DNA of 64,000 bases from positions 2,046,001 through 2,110,000 of the forward strand of contig NW_024704769.1 in the NCBI RefSeq assembly GCF_018977255.1. Reading direction: 5' to 3'. The notes under the pieces are model-generated. The model saw nothing but the letters and a program-made list of their open reading frames with translations. It was not told the origin of the DNA and did not search any database. Shown in pieces: positions 1 through 30,000 of this stretch (positions within the stretch are counted from its first letter, which is position 1; every line of letters starts with the position of its first letter). The DNA comes from Callorhinchus milii. Lineage: Eukaryota. The position numbers were made by a program, and so were the translations under genes.

Positions 1-369
1 CCGTGTTTTCTGCGAAGCGCTTCGAGGGCGTCTCAACGATGTGATAAGGCGCGGTATCAAATGCGAGGTGGGGAGGAGCAAAGGGAGTCGGTGGGTAGAC
101 TAAATCATGGCCCATCAGCAGTTGAGATCTAGTTCCTCAGCCGACTCCATCTTAACTTCCTGAAAGTTTGACTTTTTACAAATGTCAGGGCTGCCCTTTG
201 GCTACAGAAAGCAACGCCACAGAGTTAAGGAGAATCCCACACGCCGACCAAATAACCTTTACATCCGACCCAAACTTCTCTCCCCAGACTGGAAATCAGT
301 TGTGGACCCAATAGAACAGGAATTCTAATATTAATATAAAAGGTCCACATTTTGCCGCAGCCAAACTGT

Positions 370-665
370 ACGTGTGTGTGTGTGTGCTCGCGCGCGCGGG
401 TGTGTGTGTGTGTGTGCACCAGCCTATGTGCGTGCAAGTGTTTACGCGAGTCTGTGTGCTTGTATGCTTCGCCTATGTGTTTGCGCCCGTGTCTCCGTGC
501 GCGTGCATGTGTGTGTGTGCGTGGCTCTGTGCATGATCGCACATGGCTTTTTGTGTGTATGGACACGTGTATGCGCCTGTGTGTGTATGTCTGTGTGTGC
601 TTCATCCGTGTGTGTTTCCATGTGTGTTTGCGCGCTCGTCTGTCTGTGTGTTTGCCCTTGTGTGC
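370..665. repeat. Degenerate (TG)n/(CG)n microsatellite region
   Basis: Alternating purine-pyrimidine tract in the BIN3 last intron. Confidence 0.85.
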
Positions 666-768
666 GGGAGGGAAGGAGGGAGGAAGGGTAAGGTTGAGGG
701 AAGATTTGCTGGTAGGATTTGATGCGACTGGCTGGTGTTGTATTGTGACTGTGCTTTGCTGTGTGCAG

Positions 769-914
769 GTGGTGTACTATTCCGAAATGTCCAAGATATT
801 CGGGGACCTGACGGCCAGATCGATCAACAGCAAGTGACTGACGAACATCGGGAGAAAGAAAACGAGGCCAAACTCAATGACCTGCGAGCGCTCTCCATTG
901 TAGCAGATGACTGA
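769..914 (+). CDS. BIN3: Bridging integrator 3, last coding exon (apparent 1-nt deletion near 812)
   Basis: After acceptor tgtgcag: VVYYSEMSKIFGDLT, then in a shifted frame GQIDQQQVTDEHREKENEAKLNDLRALSIVADD-TGA(912-914). Matches the recalled human BIN3 C-terminus VVYYSEMHKIFGDL...ENEAKLSELRALSIVADD. Exon is 146 nt instead of 147. Confidence 0.9.
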
Positions 915-1124
915 GTACTGAAGGGTCAAATCAAATCAAACTAGCGTTGAATGGTGGGGGCAGGAAGCAGGGGCTAGGGGTGGGGGTGGGGGAGAGAATA
1001 GCCACCTAGCTCTAAACTTACACTAAACTCTGAATAACAAGACCCTGGCTTAACTAGTCACTGTCACTTAAGTCTTTGTGCTGTCAATATCCCCCCCAAA
1101 CCTTACTTACTGCTCCTCTTGACA

Positions 1125-1365
1125 TGTAGGAGCAGGACTAGGCCATTCGGCCCTTCGAGCCTGCCCCGCCATTCAATCATGGCTGATCTTCTAATCTAAC
1201 TCCAGCTAATAACCTGACCCTGCCTTATCCCCATTATCCCTTAATCCCTTTTGCAGTAAGAAATCTATCTATCTCAGTCTTGAATATGTTCAAGGACTGA
1301 GCGTCAACAGCCCTTTGGGGTAGCGAGTTCCATACATTCACCACTCTTTTGAGTGAAGAAGTGAC
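1125..1365 (-). mobile_element. CR1-type LINE 3' fragment
   Basis: gtaggagcaggactaggccattcggcccttcgagcctgccccgccattcaatcatggctgatc resembles the reverse complement of chondrichthyan CR1 tails (recalled). Confidence 0.6.
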
Positions 1366-1507
1366 TCGAGTAAGAACGTTTCATGTAAAATTGATCAGGA
1401 AGCTGGTACTACAAGGTGGCGGCTTGCACTACAGGAGCCTCCCTCCCCATCCCGTTACTGGTGTGGGCACTTGGCGGAGGTTGCCCGCCCATGCTCCGAT
1501 GAATCGT

Positions 1508-1775
1508 AGAGGCTTTTAGTCTATTGGAGGGTCATCCCACCCATAGGGTTTTGGTCTATTGGAGGGGCAACCCACCCACAGGCTTCTGGTCTATTCGATG
1601 ATCATCCCACCCAACGGCCTCTGGTCGATTGGAGGGTCATCCCACCCAGAAGCCTCTGGTCTATTGGAGGGTCATTCCCACCCAGAGGCTTCTAGTCTAT
1701 TGGAGGGTCATTCCCACCCAGAGGCTTCTAGTCTATTGGAGGGTCATCTCACCCAGAGGCTTCTGGTCTATTGGA
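1508..1775. repeat. 35-36-bp minisatellite, about 7 copies
   Basis: Unit ctattggagggtcat(t)cccacccagaggcttctggt. Confidence 0.9.
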
Positions 1776-2190
1776 GAACCCCTGTTACAGGATTGGGAGG
1801 ACCTATGCCTAACAGGCCTCCAGCCATCAGTGGCCGGGCCTTCAGCCTTTCTGCCCCTACCTTTTGGTAATAATAATAATGCTTGCATTTGATACAGCAC
1901 CTTATCACGTCCTCAAGACGTCTCAAAGCGCTTCACTGCATTACACTGTAAAGTGGAGTGACTGAAACACAGCAGCCAATTGCGCACAGCAGCGTCCCAC
2001 AAACAGTCGCGGATTGAGAGACCGGGTTTTTTTTTTTAATTCAAAAATATAAGTGTCTCAGAGAACAGCTTTCGCAGCTGACCCTAAGAATTGTTCCTAA
2101 TTCTGTGCCATTAAATCCTGAGATGGCTATCACTGTGGTCGACTTCTGTGGCTTTCGGTGAATCATTACTGAGCCGAGTGACCTCTCCTG

Positions 2191-13770
<11,580 letters not shown>

Positions 13771-14698
13771 CTTCCTGGCAGGAAGAAGAAGAAGAAGAAC
13801 AACAGCAACTTGGATTTATTTTTATATTTATATGGCACCCTTCACGTGAGTTAGCGGAGCCTGACCGCGAGCCAGGGGGAGAGGGAGGGGGGGAAGTGAC
13901 CGTAAGCACAGATCAATAAGGCATCTTTTGGGGGTGAGATGCCTTCCCTTCGCTGTGTGGAGTCAGGAAGATCACAAAGTTTTGCATCACTTGAGACAAC
14001 AAGTGTCCCCGAGCAAAGAGACAATTAGACCGTAAGCGAAATTGCTTCGGCCGACTTTGTTTTCGCCGTATATTTGTGTGTTTTTTTTTTAAAGTTACCG
14101 TTTGCAGAGGAAGCCACCGACCAAGTTCCGAATTCAATTCAATCTATTAACTTCAGTTATTATTAATTTAATATTTTTGAATTATTCGGAGACCGGTCAA
14201 AGACAAGTTGCAGTCTAATCCTGATCCTTGCCCACCCAATCGCCTACGCAAGTGTCCTTAAGGCACAATTATATTAATATTAATCCAGTATTACAATAAT
14301 AATAACCAAATAAAATACAATAATATTAATAAAATACAATAAAATAACATATATACTGTGAAGCGCTTTGAGACATCTCAGCAACACGATATATCAACTG
14401 CCAGGATTATTATTTTACAATAATATTACTAATGTGACAATAATAAAATGCCTTAATATTAAGAATACAATCTAATACAATGACATTAAGAATATAATAA
14501 TCATGCAACGATAAATGCGACAACATTCCCAATGATGCAATGTAATAGCAACGCAACATTATAAAATTACAATCACAAAATACAATAAAATTCACGCACG
14601 CAGTGTGCGGGACCTCAAGTGTTCTGCCCAAAGAAGCCGTAAACACACACGAACCAAACCTTCCCTGTGCTCACAGCCTCAACCGCCGGATTGGCAGT

Positions 14699-14729
<31 letters not shown>

Positions 14730-15281
14730 CAAGTGGCGTTGAAGTGGTTAGAGACTGGGATGTGGCTTTGCTCTCGGTCTGGTCCGAAAAACACCCACAA
14801 TAGAGCTTTCAGATGCTTTCAGCACCTCCTGAGCTGAGGAACAGCAGCTCCCGGACCTCTCGACGACGCGATACGTTGCTTCGATCAACTGCAGAGATAG
14901 TCGTTATCATTATTCTTACGATAATAACCGTAATCCTCGCGTTTGATACCGGGCCCTATCGGGTCTTCAAGACAGCTCAAAGCGCTTCGCGGCGTGTACC
15001 GCCAAGCGTAGTGACTGTGTGCATTTTGCGGGCAAAACGCGGCAGCCAATCGCGCACGGAAGTGTCCCACGAGCAGTGACCAATTTATTATTATTATTAT
15101 TTTTTAAAAAGGAATTGTTACCCCGGGAAAAGCGATCCTTCCAATCGACCACTTACTGCTCGGTAAATAGAGGCACATGGAGTAAGGAAACTTGCCCAAT
15201 TATTATTATTATTATTATCATAATAATTATAATAACTGTACAGTCATGTGGCTGATTTGCTGCTTCTATCCACTGTAGACC

Positions 15282-15282
<1 letters not shown>

Positions 15283-15352
<70 letters not shown>
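15283..15352. repeat. (AGAC)n tetranucleotide microsatellite
   Basis: About 17 perfect units. Confidence 0.95.
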
Positions 15353-16564
15353 TGTTAGTGAGAGCTCTATCGTTAGGGTGTCAAGTTGAGTGACAATCAT
15401 TCCATTGATCTCAGCTCTACCTTCCCGGTTCTGTCCGCTTCTCTCTCTCTCTCTCTCTCTCCCGATGATGTCCTGGCCAAGTCGCCCCCAGTAAAATTGG
15501 TCGCTCACTTCACGACTGCTCGCTGGGACACTTCTGTGCGCAAATTGTGCTGCCGCGTTCCGCCCGCAAAATACACAGTCACTGCACTTTGCAGCGCATC
15601 GATCCCGTGAAGCGCTTTGAGACGTCTGAATGACATGATAAAGGTGCCGTATCAAATGCGAGGATTATGATTAATATTAATCGGCATTACCTTTCCATCG
15701 TCTCCAATTTGTATCTGCTGAACAGCTTCACCTCCAGCCCTCCGCACCATCACGTACAGCGTTCCTCAGGGCTCCGTCCCTGGTCCTCTCCTCCTTAGGT
15801 GATGTGCTCAGGTGACGTTAACGATGCCATGAGAAGAGAAAGGAGTTTCTCTCTGCCGGTGTATCCCGGCCAACCATTCCCCAAATAAAATTGGTCACTC
15901 TTTGGAATTAGGTAAACAGGAGCGTGAAAGCGCGAGACGCAATATAATCTCACAACGTAAAGACGGGATTCTTATTGCAAGGATTATTATTGCTCGACGC
16001 TGCGTTCCAAGAATATGCCATCAGTTTCCCAGTGGCTTTCAGGCGAAATTCTTGTCTTTCCTCCGCGGGTCAATCGGATTCAATTCGGAGCCGTTGAAAA
16101 AGTAAGGGTGGCATTTGGAGATTTTAAGTGAAATCTAGTAATTAGGTAAACCAGGGAGAGAGAGAGAGAGAGTGAGTGAGAGAGAGAGAGAGAGAGAGAG
16201 CATTTCATTCCGACAATCTCTCTCTCTGGGATTTCCAGTTGGGTTTGGAGACTCTTCAGCAACGGTGATGGGTTTCCGCGCGTCTCAGACGCCCGGGTGA
16301 CCCCCCCCCACCGAAAAATGATGATGTAACTTTGTTTAAAAGGCGGTGGAGTGGGAAACGCACGTCATTTCAATCTGTGTTCAAAGAACTTCGCTCCGTA
16401 ATGGTCACTTTACCTGAAAGTGCCGACTACGTAGAAGAGGTTTCCGTAGCAATCAGTCCGGTTGCTGCGGCTCGCGCTGCGATCATTTGTCTTTTCACAA
16501 TTCTAATTAGGAACCGCAGCCCGATTATCTGCAAGGTGAGAGGTTCGTATCATTCGCGGGCGTT

Positions 16565-16935
16565 ATGTGGCGGTGTCCTGCAGCGAGAGCACTCGCCTCG
16601 CAAGCAACAGGATCCGGGTTCGATTCCCGGACCAGGGCGAAACCTTGGACCAGTTTCCTTATTCCACGCAGCTCCGTTTACCAAGCAGTAAGTGGGAACC
16701 CGGTTATTAGTAGATTGGTGGATCGCTTTCCGGGGGTAACAATCCCTTTCATGAATTAAAAATAATAATAATTGGCTCACTCGATCCACGGGGGTTTGTG
16801 GGGACGCTGCGGTGCGCAGTCAGCTGCCGCGTTTCGCCCACACAAAATGCAGTCACCACACTTTACAGTATATTCTGCGGAACCCGATCAGGCGCAATAC
16901 CAAATGCAAGGATTATTATTATTATTACTATCATT
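16565..16935 (+). mobile_element. tRNA-derived SINE
   Basis: gagcactcgcctcgcaagc...gggttcgattcccgg head and caaatgcaaggattattatt tail. Confidence 0.75.
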
Positions 16936-17073
16936 AATCTAAGGTCTGAGGCTCAAAATAAGTCGCTGGGGAAGCACAGTTACAAGAAATGAAATAGTTT
17001 ATGAAATCTGGAGGAAAATATAGCCACAGAGAGATACCGTAGGAATTTGTTCTGGGGGTTACAAAGGTTCGAG

Positions 17074-18238
17074 CTAACAGCCAGACTTCCTGATGTAAGT
17101 GGCCATCTGAAACGCCTTTTTATTGAGAGTTCCTCCGTGAATGCCTTGCTTCCCCATGATGATGATGAACACCTTCTTTGACCTGGCGATGGCCAGGCTG
17201 AGGCATGGTGTACCTTCCTGCCTCTTCATCCGGATATCCATGGTGTCATCCCCGTCCATGTAGAAGTTATCCCGGATAACGTAGCACTTCCTCCCGCTGA
17301 TGGTCAGCCCCCTGACCAGGAAGCCTTTCCGATCGCAGCTCAGGATCATCCTGATTTCCTTCAACGACAACAAATGACATTTACACGGAGCCCTTTCATG
17401 TCAGGAGGACGTCCCAAGGACAGTCAGGGTTTTGGACCCGAGCTGGGGGTTGGTATCAGGAGGGGATGGAGGGAGGGGAGGGCGGGGGTTAGGAGGGTGA
17501 CCGAAGGTGCAGTTGAAGGGTCTTGAGACGGGCTTCGAAGGAGGCAAGGGAGGGGAGTGAGGCGGAGGGACAGTGAGATGGAGTTCCAGAGGCTGAAGGC
17601 TCGGCTTCTGATGGTGGGGAGGGCCGGGCGGGGGACGTGAAGCAGGCCGGAGCCCGCTGAGCGGAGGGAGAGGACAGGTCTATATGGAGTTAGCAGATCA
17701 TAGAGGTGGGGAGGAACGAGGGCTTCAAAAGCAATGACTTATACAGCACCCGCGCCCCCCTACCCCACGCAGGGTAGAGTTCCAGAGCGCTTGACAGTGG
17801 TGGAGCACGATGCCAAGCCGGGAGGGAGGGAGGGAGTGACTTGAAGAAGGAAGATTTGGGTGGCGTAGGTGGGGGGATTGGGGTGGTGGGGGGGGGGGGG
17901 GGAAGAGTTGCAGAGCTTCGAGACGTAGTGGCTGAAAGTGTGGGCGGTGTCCGATGGAACGGAGAGCACGAGGGACATACGTGGGGCTGGATCCAGTCGA
18001 GGGGAAAGCAGCGAGTGGTGGAGTGGGTGGGGTTGGGGGGGGGTGGGGGGTGGGGGAGGTGGTGATCAGGTGAGAGAGGGACAACTGCGAGGAACGTTGA
18101 AACCTTCGGGCTCATTTGCTCCAATAGACCTTCTTCCTTGGCAGCCAGCAGCCTCGGACAGGAGGAGGCAAAGACGGCGGCGTCCTGACACAGTCCATCT
18201 GCCAGCAAACTGGTCACATAATCCTCCCAACCCAACAT
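17074..18238 (-). CDS. Profilin family protein, 139 aa, two coding exons
   Basis: Exon 1 18104-18238 (MLGWEDYVTSLLADGLCQDAAVF...QMSPK, donor AAG/GTTTCA) and exon 2 17074-17358 (EIRMILSCDRKGFLVRGLTISGRKCYVIRD...MGKQGIHGGTLNKKAFQMATYIRKSGC-stop). Profilin motifs WxxY, GxKCxVIRD and HGGxxNKK. Confidence 0.9.
17372..17675 (-). mobile_element. L2-type LINE 3' fragment in the profilin intron
   Basis: Reverse complement of the same element family as 9695-10010. Confidence 0.65.
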
Positions 18239-18832
18239 CCTGTCCTCCACGGGCTCCTCGGGTGGCTGCACAGAGCAAGACAACTCGATTCACCCCCAAA
18301 CTCCGTGACATCACCACCGAGGCTCACTGTGCCATTATTATGCCGTCACAAACAGTCAGTCGCCTCAATCTCTTCAAGCTGTTTGCGTGGGGGGGCGGTG
18401 GGGGGGGATGGGGACCCTCCCGGGCGCAATTGGCTGCCGCGTTTCGCCCACAGACTGTCACGGTCACGACACTTTACGGTTGTATCCTGTGAAGCGCTTT
18501 TGAGACGTCTCAACGGCGCGGTAAGGCGCCATGTCAGGCGCAAGGTGGGGGAGCGAGCGCCAGCGCAGGTACGATGGGGAGAGCGAGCGAGAGAGGGAGA
18601 GAGAGAGCAGGGAATGGGGCGAGAGCAGAGAGCTCCAGTGGGGGAGCGAGCCCCCAGCACAGACACGACGGAGAGAGAGAGAGAGAGAGAGAGCAGGGAA
18701 TGGGGCGAGAGCAGAGTGGGGGAGCGAGCCCCCAGCACAGACACTGACACACACTCTTACGTCTTGTACCCAAATGGCTATTGGAAAACATGACCACGAG
18801 GAACGAGGTTGCAAAACCGGTGCAGAAAAAGA

Positions 18833-18838
18833 TTTATT
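18833..18838 (-). terminator. Candidate polyadenylation signal AATAAA for CNNM3
   Basis: tttatt on + strand at the end of an AT-rich stretch downstream of the CNNM3 stop and upstream of the profilin gene. Confidence 0.4.
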
Positions 18839-20091
18839 AAACTGACCTGCAATCCAAATCTCTTAACGCTTCAACTGCTTATAATGGCAGAACACAGTAC
18901 AACGAACACTCACCACTTACTCTTTAATAAAAATCTCTCTGAGATATTACGGTATAAACGTACATACAAACGACACTACACGATTTCATTTGAAATTAAG
19001 ATATCTCTCACACATTCGCAAACAGATCAGAACTCGGCTCATCAGAACTAAGCCGCCGATTGCAAACAACATTGGAGCCCAAACCAGAGAGGGTATAAAA
19101 CACTGGAAATGGCTGATTTGATTCAATGGCACTTGTAGATTTCTCTCGGCTTCTACATTTGGCATTTCGCCCACAAAATATACAGTCAATTCGCTTTACA
19201 GTGTGTCCTGTGAGGCGGTTTGAGACGTCTCGAAGACGTGATAAGGCGCTGTATCCAATGCAAGGATTATTATAATTATTATTATTATTATTATTGGGAA
19301 TCTTTGGCTAGACAAGGGATCGAGAATTATGTTTATAAAATGACTCTCATATTCCGTCAGGCTGGACAATCAAAATACTGCATCAATGGTCGATGCAACC
19401 CAAGGGATAGAATCACCTGAATCAGAGACGATGACACCCCCTACTCAAAGCCTTGACGAGCCCTACAGACCTTTGTGAATCAAACGATTCATTAAAAGGT
19501 TAAATCCGCAGCTGTTATTTTGCATTCAGGACCAAATCTAAACCCCTGACAGGGAAGGGGAACTCTGATGACACAAAGGCTATGCGTTAGGAGGTAAGAA
19601 TCGCACGTTACGTTCGTCTCATCTCAAGTTCATCGCTGCCGCGTCTCACCCGCCCACGAAACACAGTCACTGCGCTTTACGGTCTAATCCGCGAAGCGCT
19701 TTGAGACGCCTCAAGGACGTGAGAAGGAGCTGTATCAAATGCAAGGATTATTATTATTATTAATAATATTATTATCATCTCCAGTCTTCCTAACTAGAAA
19801 AATAAGGGAAATGTTTGCCCTTCCGGAAACTCCTGTTCCCCACAGCCCGCACTCCGCAGACACTTGTTTTCCACGGGGATTAGTTGACGTTGGTGGCAGA
19901 GAGACGGGGGGAGCGGGGGCTATGGGGAGGGGGAGGGGAGGAGGGGGTGCGGATCTGCTCCGAGGGTAAACGTGGGGATTGAGCTCCCACTTGGTCTCAC
20001 CACCGTTTCAGCTCAGTAACGGTCTCCGTCACAGCTCTCAGCAACAACAGACGTTTTAAAAATCGAGGCTTTTGGTTTCCCGTCGTTCAGG

Positions 20092-26204
<6,113 letters not shown>

Positions 26205-26212
<8 letters not shown>

Positions 26213-26330
26213 CTTTGGTTTCCCGGCCGCCCGCGCAACCAAACTCCTCGCCGCCGCGCCACGCCCCTAAATGGGCGGGGCCAGCCAATCACAGCCGGCC
26301 GATGCCCCCCGCCCCGACCAATCACACGGC
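26205..26330 (-). promoter_or_regulatory. CNNM3 CpG-island promoter with two CCAAT boxes, GC boxes and a YY1-like motif over the ATG
   Basis: CCAATCAC at 26285 and 26318, GGGCGGGG at ~26273, CCCCGCCCC at ~26307, and AAGATGGCGGC spanning the start codon. CpG-rich from ~24600 to 26340. Confidence 0.65.
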
Positions 26331-26399
26331 ACTCCAAGGTAGGTTGAGGCGAGGGAAGAAGGTCAACCAATAGCACGAGAGGAACCAGTGTTCGAGGTA

Positions 26400-27005
26400 C
26401 ATACAGAGAGAGTGATATACAGAGAGTGTTATACACAGAGAGAATGATATACAGAGTGATATACAGGGAGTGTTACACAGAGAGAGTGATATACAGAGTG
26501 TTATACAGAGAGTGATATACAGGGAGTGTTACACAGAGAGAGACAGAGAGAGTGATATACAGAGTGTTAAACGGAGAGACAGAGAGAGTGATATACAGAG
26601 TGTTATACAGAGAGTGATATACAGAGAATGTTATATATAGAGAGTGATATACAGGGAGATAGTGATATACAGAGAGTGTTATACAGAGAGAGACAGAGAG
26701 AGTGATATACAGAGTGTTATATATAGAGAGAGTGATATACAGGGAGTATTATACAGAGGGAGTGATATACAGAATGTTATATGCAGAAAGTGTTATTTAC
26801 AGAAAGTGTTATTTACAGAGAGAGTGATACACAGAGTGTTATGCAGAGAAAGTGATATGCAGAGTGTTATACAGAGAGAGTGATATACAGAGAGTGTTAC
26901 ACAGAGAGAGGGAGATACAGACTTACAGAGGATGATATAGAGGTTGAGAGACTTACACAGAGAGGGTGTGTTACACAAAGAGTGATATACAGAGAGTGAG
27001 AGTTA
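26400..27005. repeat. Degenerate 12-14-bp tandem array (AGAGAGTGATATAC/AGAGTGTTATAC)
   Basis: Directly visible immediately upstream of the CNNM3 promoter. Confidence 0.9.
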
Positions 27006-30000
27006 CACACACCGACTGACGAGAATATTACACACAGCGTTATACACTGACTGACGCAGAGTTATATTAATAGATAATAAAAATCCTTGCATTTGATATC
27101 GCGCCTTATTACGTTCAGATTTTACAAAGCGCGTCACAGGATTTTACTGTTAAGTGTAATGACTGTGCATTTTGTGGCAGTCAGTTTTGTATATTGCACA
27201 CCAATGCCCCACAAACCGGCGTGAATTGATTTTATCTGGGAGATTATCAGTCAGGATGTCGATCCTGACTCTCAGAAATTATGTAAACAGGGTGAGTCCC
27301 TCCAGGGAGAGAGAGTGCATTCCATGCCAGATAAATATTCACAAACATTTTCACCCCTTAGAGGAACCCCTCAGTAATTGGGTTTGGACACTTGTTTGGA
27401 GACACAGCATTCAACATCTCACCTCAACAACAATCAGTGTTTTTCAGACACTAAGTTTGCTTGTTAGTGTCATTGGGGAGTGACTGAGGTTACTGTTCAA
27501 CCACCGAGAGTACAGAAACACAAAGCTGGCTGGGAATGGGCGAACGCCTCGGGTGGTGTAATCCATCAGCGGAATGTGATCTTATGACTGAAACCAGCTC
27601 AGAAATCACCATGGAAAATCCCAGCGTAACATTCCTTTCCCCCACCCCTCGACCCGTCCAATCTCACAAACTTTCAGATCGTCTTGGCAACTGCTTGGCT
27701 CCAATGCTGCCCTCCCAACCTTTCCTAGAGGCCTTGGGTCAAACTCAAAACACAACCAAAAAGGAATAATACAAATCCCTGCTCTGTGGGGAACCCATAG
27801 CCATTTACTGCACAGAGAAGCCATTCAGCTCATTGTGTGTTTGGGTGTCAGCCTTTCCCAGTCTCGGTTTCTTGCCTCTGAGTCAGAAGGTTCTGGGTTT
27901 AAGCCCCACGTCGGGACTTGGAACTCATATCATCTATCTTGACAGTCCAAAACACCGATTGTTGTTGAGGTGAGACGTTGAATTGAGGCCCCGTTGCCTG
28001 TTCAAGTAGATATTAAAGATCCCAGGGCACGATTTAAAAACAGGAGTTTCTCCTGGTGTTTTGGACAATCCACAATTGGCCATTCAGTTTTTCTTTGGCC
28101 AGCTGGGTGTCTGGCACATGCGGAAACCCATCACTATGAACCATCTAAATTGCACACGTCCCACCAGACGTGGAAATCCCAGATAGATTGTTGGGAGTGA
28201 AATGTGCACTCTCTGGAGGGACATATCCTGCTAACCTAATTCCAGAAAGTATTAGACACACGTTGGCAAGAGCCAAGGCTTGGGGACCCCAGTGTATGGG
28301 TTGGGGTAACTGCTGGAATCTAACCAGCTAAACCCACACATAGCTTGTCATTGATGCTTTCCCACCGCTTGTCCAGTTAGGACCACCTTACCTGTTACGT
28401 CTTTGGCTTGTAGAGTTAACAGGAGTTGATCATTCAGTTCATGGCTCTTTGTAGGATATCGCTCTGCACAAATCGGCTGCCACATTTGCCTACAAAACAT
28501 ATAGACACTACTTTGCAGTGAATGTCCTCCCGACGTGAAAGGCGCTCTATAAATGGAATCTTGTTGTTGTTGTTGAATCCTGTGAAGCGCTTTGAGAAAT
28601 TGGAGATCTGTTGTAAAATGGAGTGACTGGGTGAAATGCGGCAGCCAGTTACACCCAGCAATGTCCCACAAATAGCTCTGGGACAAATGACCAATTTATC
28701 ATCTCAGGGCTGTCTGCAAGATGTTTCTGTGTTTGCCCACAAAACAGTCACTCTCCTCGACAGAAATGACAATGGATCCTTTGAGACTTTCTATTAACAA
28801 GCGCTAGCTGAAATAAAATGATTATATATTTAAAAAATCAACACAAAACTGCATCAATAAAACCCTCCTGGGGTTCAAGTCACCAAACGTGACTTTCTTT
28901 TAAGAAAGGGGGAATAAATTCACAACAGATGAAAATTATTTTTTAATAGAGAAATATAATACACTTTTTTCTCTCTCTTTCTCTCCAAACGATACTGCAT
29001 GTGTCAATAGTGCGTGGGGAACGAGCGATGTTTCAATAGCACTAATTCACGTCCGAATGACGACGTGCAGGTCGAGAAAGGACTACAAAAAGACAATCCT
29101 AAACTGGAAAATTGGTGCCAAGTTATTAGAGGGAAAGAATGACAAAGGTCTGGCTGGGTTGCTTGGTCAAACGGAAAGGTGAATTTGCTGGTCTCGGAAT
29201 CAGGTTTCAGTCATCTCTTAACAGTCAATAAGGGGCTCTAGTCTGCTGCAGGGTAGAAAACGTACTGAGGCGGACACAGAGATTTTCGCAGACCGACTCG
29301 GTTTCGTTTGAAAGGAAAAAGAACGCAAAATAAAACACCTCGAAGCGACCAGTTCGGGTCAGGGCAAGGCAAGGGAGGGAGAGAGAAGAGGGAAATAAAA
29401 TCACAAAAATATACAGATTAAATCTCATTTGCAAATAAATACAGTAACGCCACAGAATCCGTTCCTGACTTTCAAAGCCCATTGATACGTCTCGCAAACA
29501 GGGAAAAATACAGTTATTTTAACAGAGGATCGGTCAGATCGTTCTCTCGGTTTAGTGAGGCAGCCTGCTTGGCCCCCTGTTCGGACAAAGAGCAGACAGA
29601 ACTCGGAAAACAAGATGCTAATTATGTTGTTTTTTTAAAAAAAACTAAATGAAAAATAAAACCACAAAAGGAAAAATGCACTTTTAACCCCATCTGCCCT
29701 CCTTTGTACTGGCCAGAGCTCATTTCACACAAACGTCTGAATATTATTCAATGTTCCAGAATTAAATTGAAGAGGTTTGATGATTGCTTGTTTCTTTTGG
29801 TGCAGTTATTCAGGAAGCCTTTCACGTTGCCCATTCCCCTCTCTCCCTCCTCCTCTCCCACCCCCGCGGAAGAAAGCTAAGGGATCAATCGCTGGAAAGG
29901 AAAGGGTTAAGCGGTCAAGTGCTGCCGGGGTCAATCCTGTTAGTTAGTTAGTTAGATGGATGGGAATGGGAGTCTGATCAGTGTTGGCTGCCCAGGCTGT

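Noticed and set aside
225-691. His/Thr- and Cys/Val-rich ORFs (also 20072-20621, 21827-22448, 62372-63200)
   Set aside because: Translations of micro- and minisatellites.
1508-1775. 36-bp repeats resembling a CRISPR array in unit size
   Set aside because: Head-to-tail units with no unique spacers, no cas genes, eukaryotic context.
19020-19050. Minus-strand CTGATGAG...CTGA suggesting a C/D snoRNA or hammerhead core
   Set aside because: Boxes are too close, with no terminal stem or GAAA partner motif.
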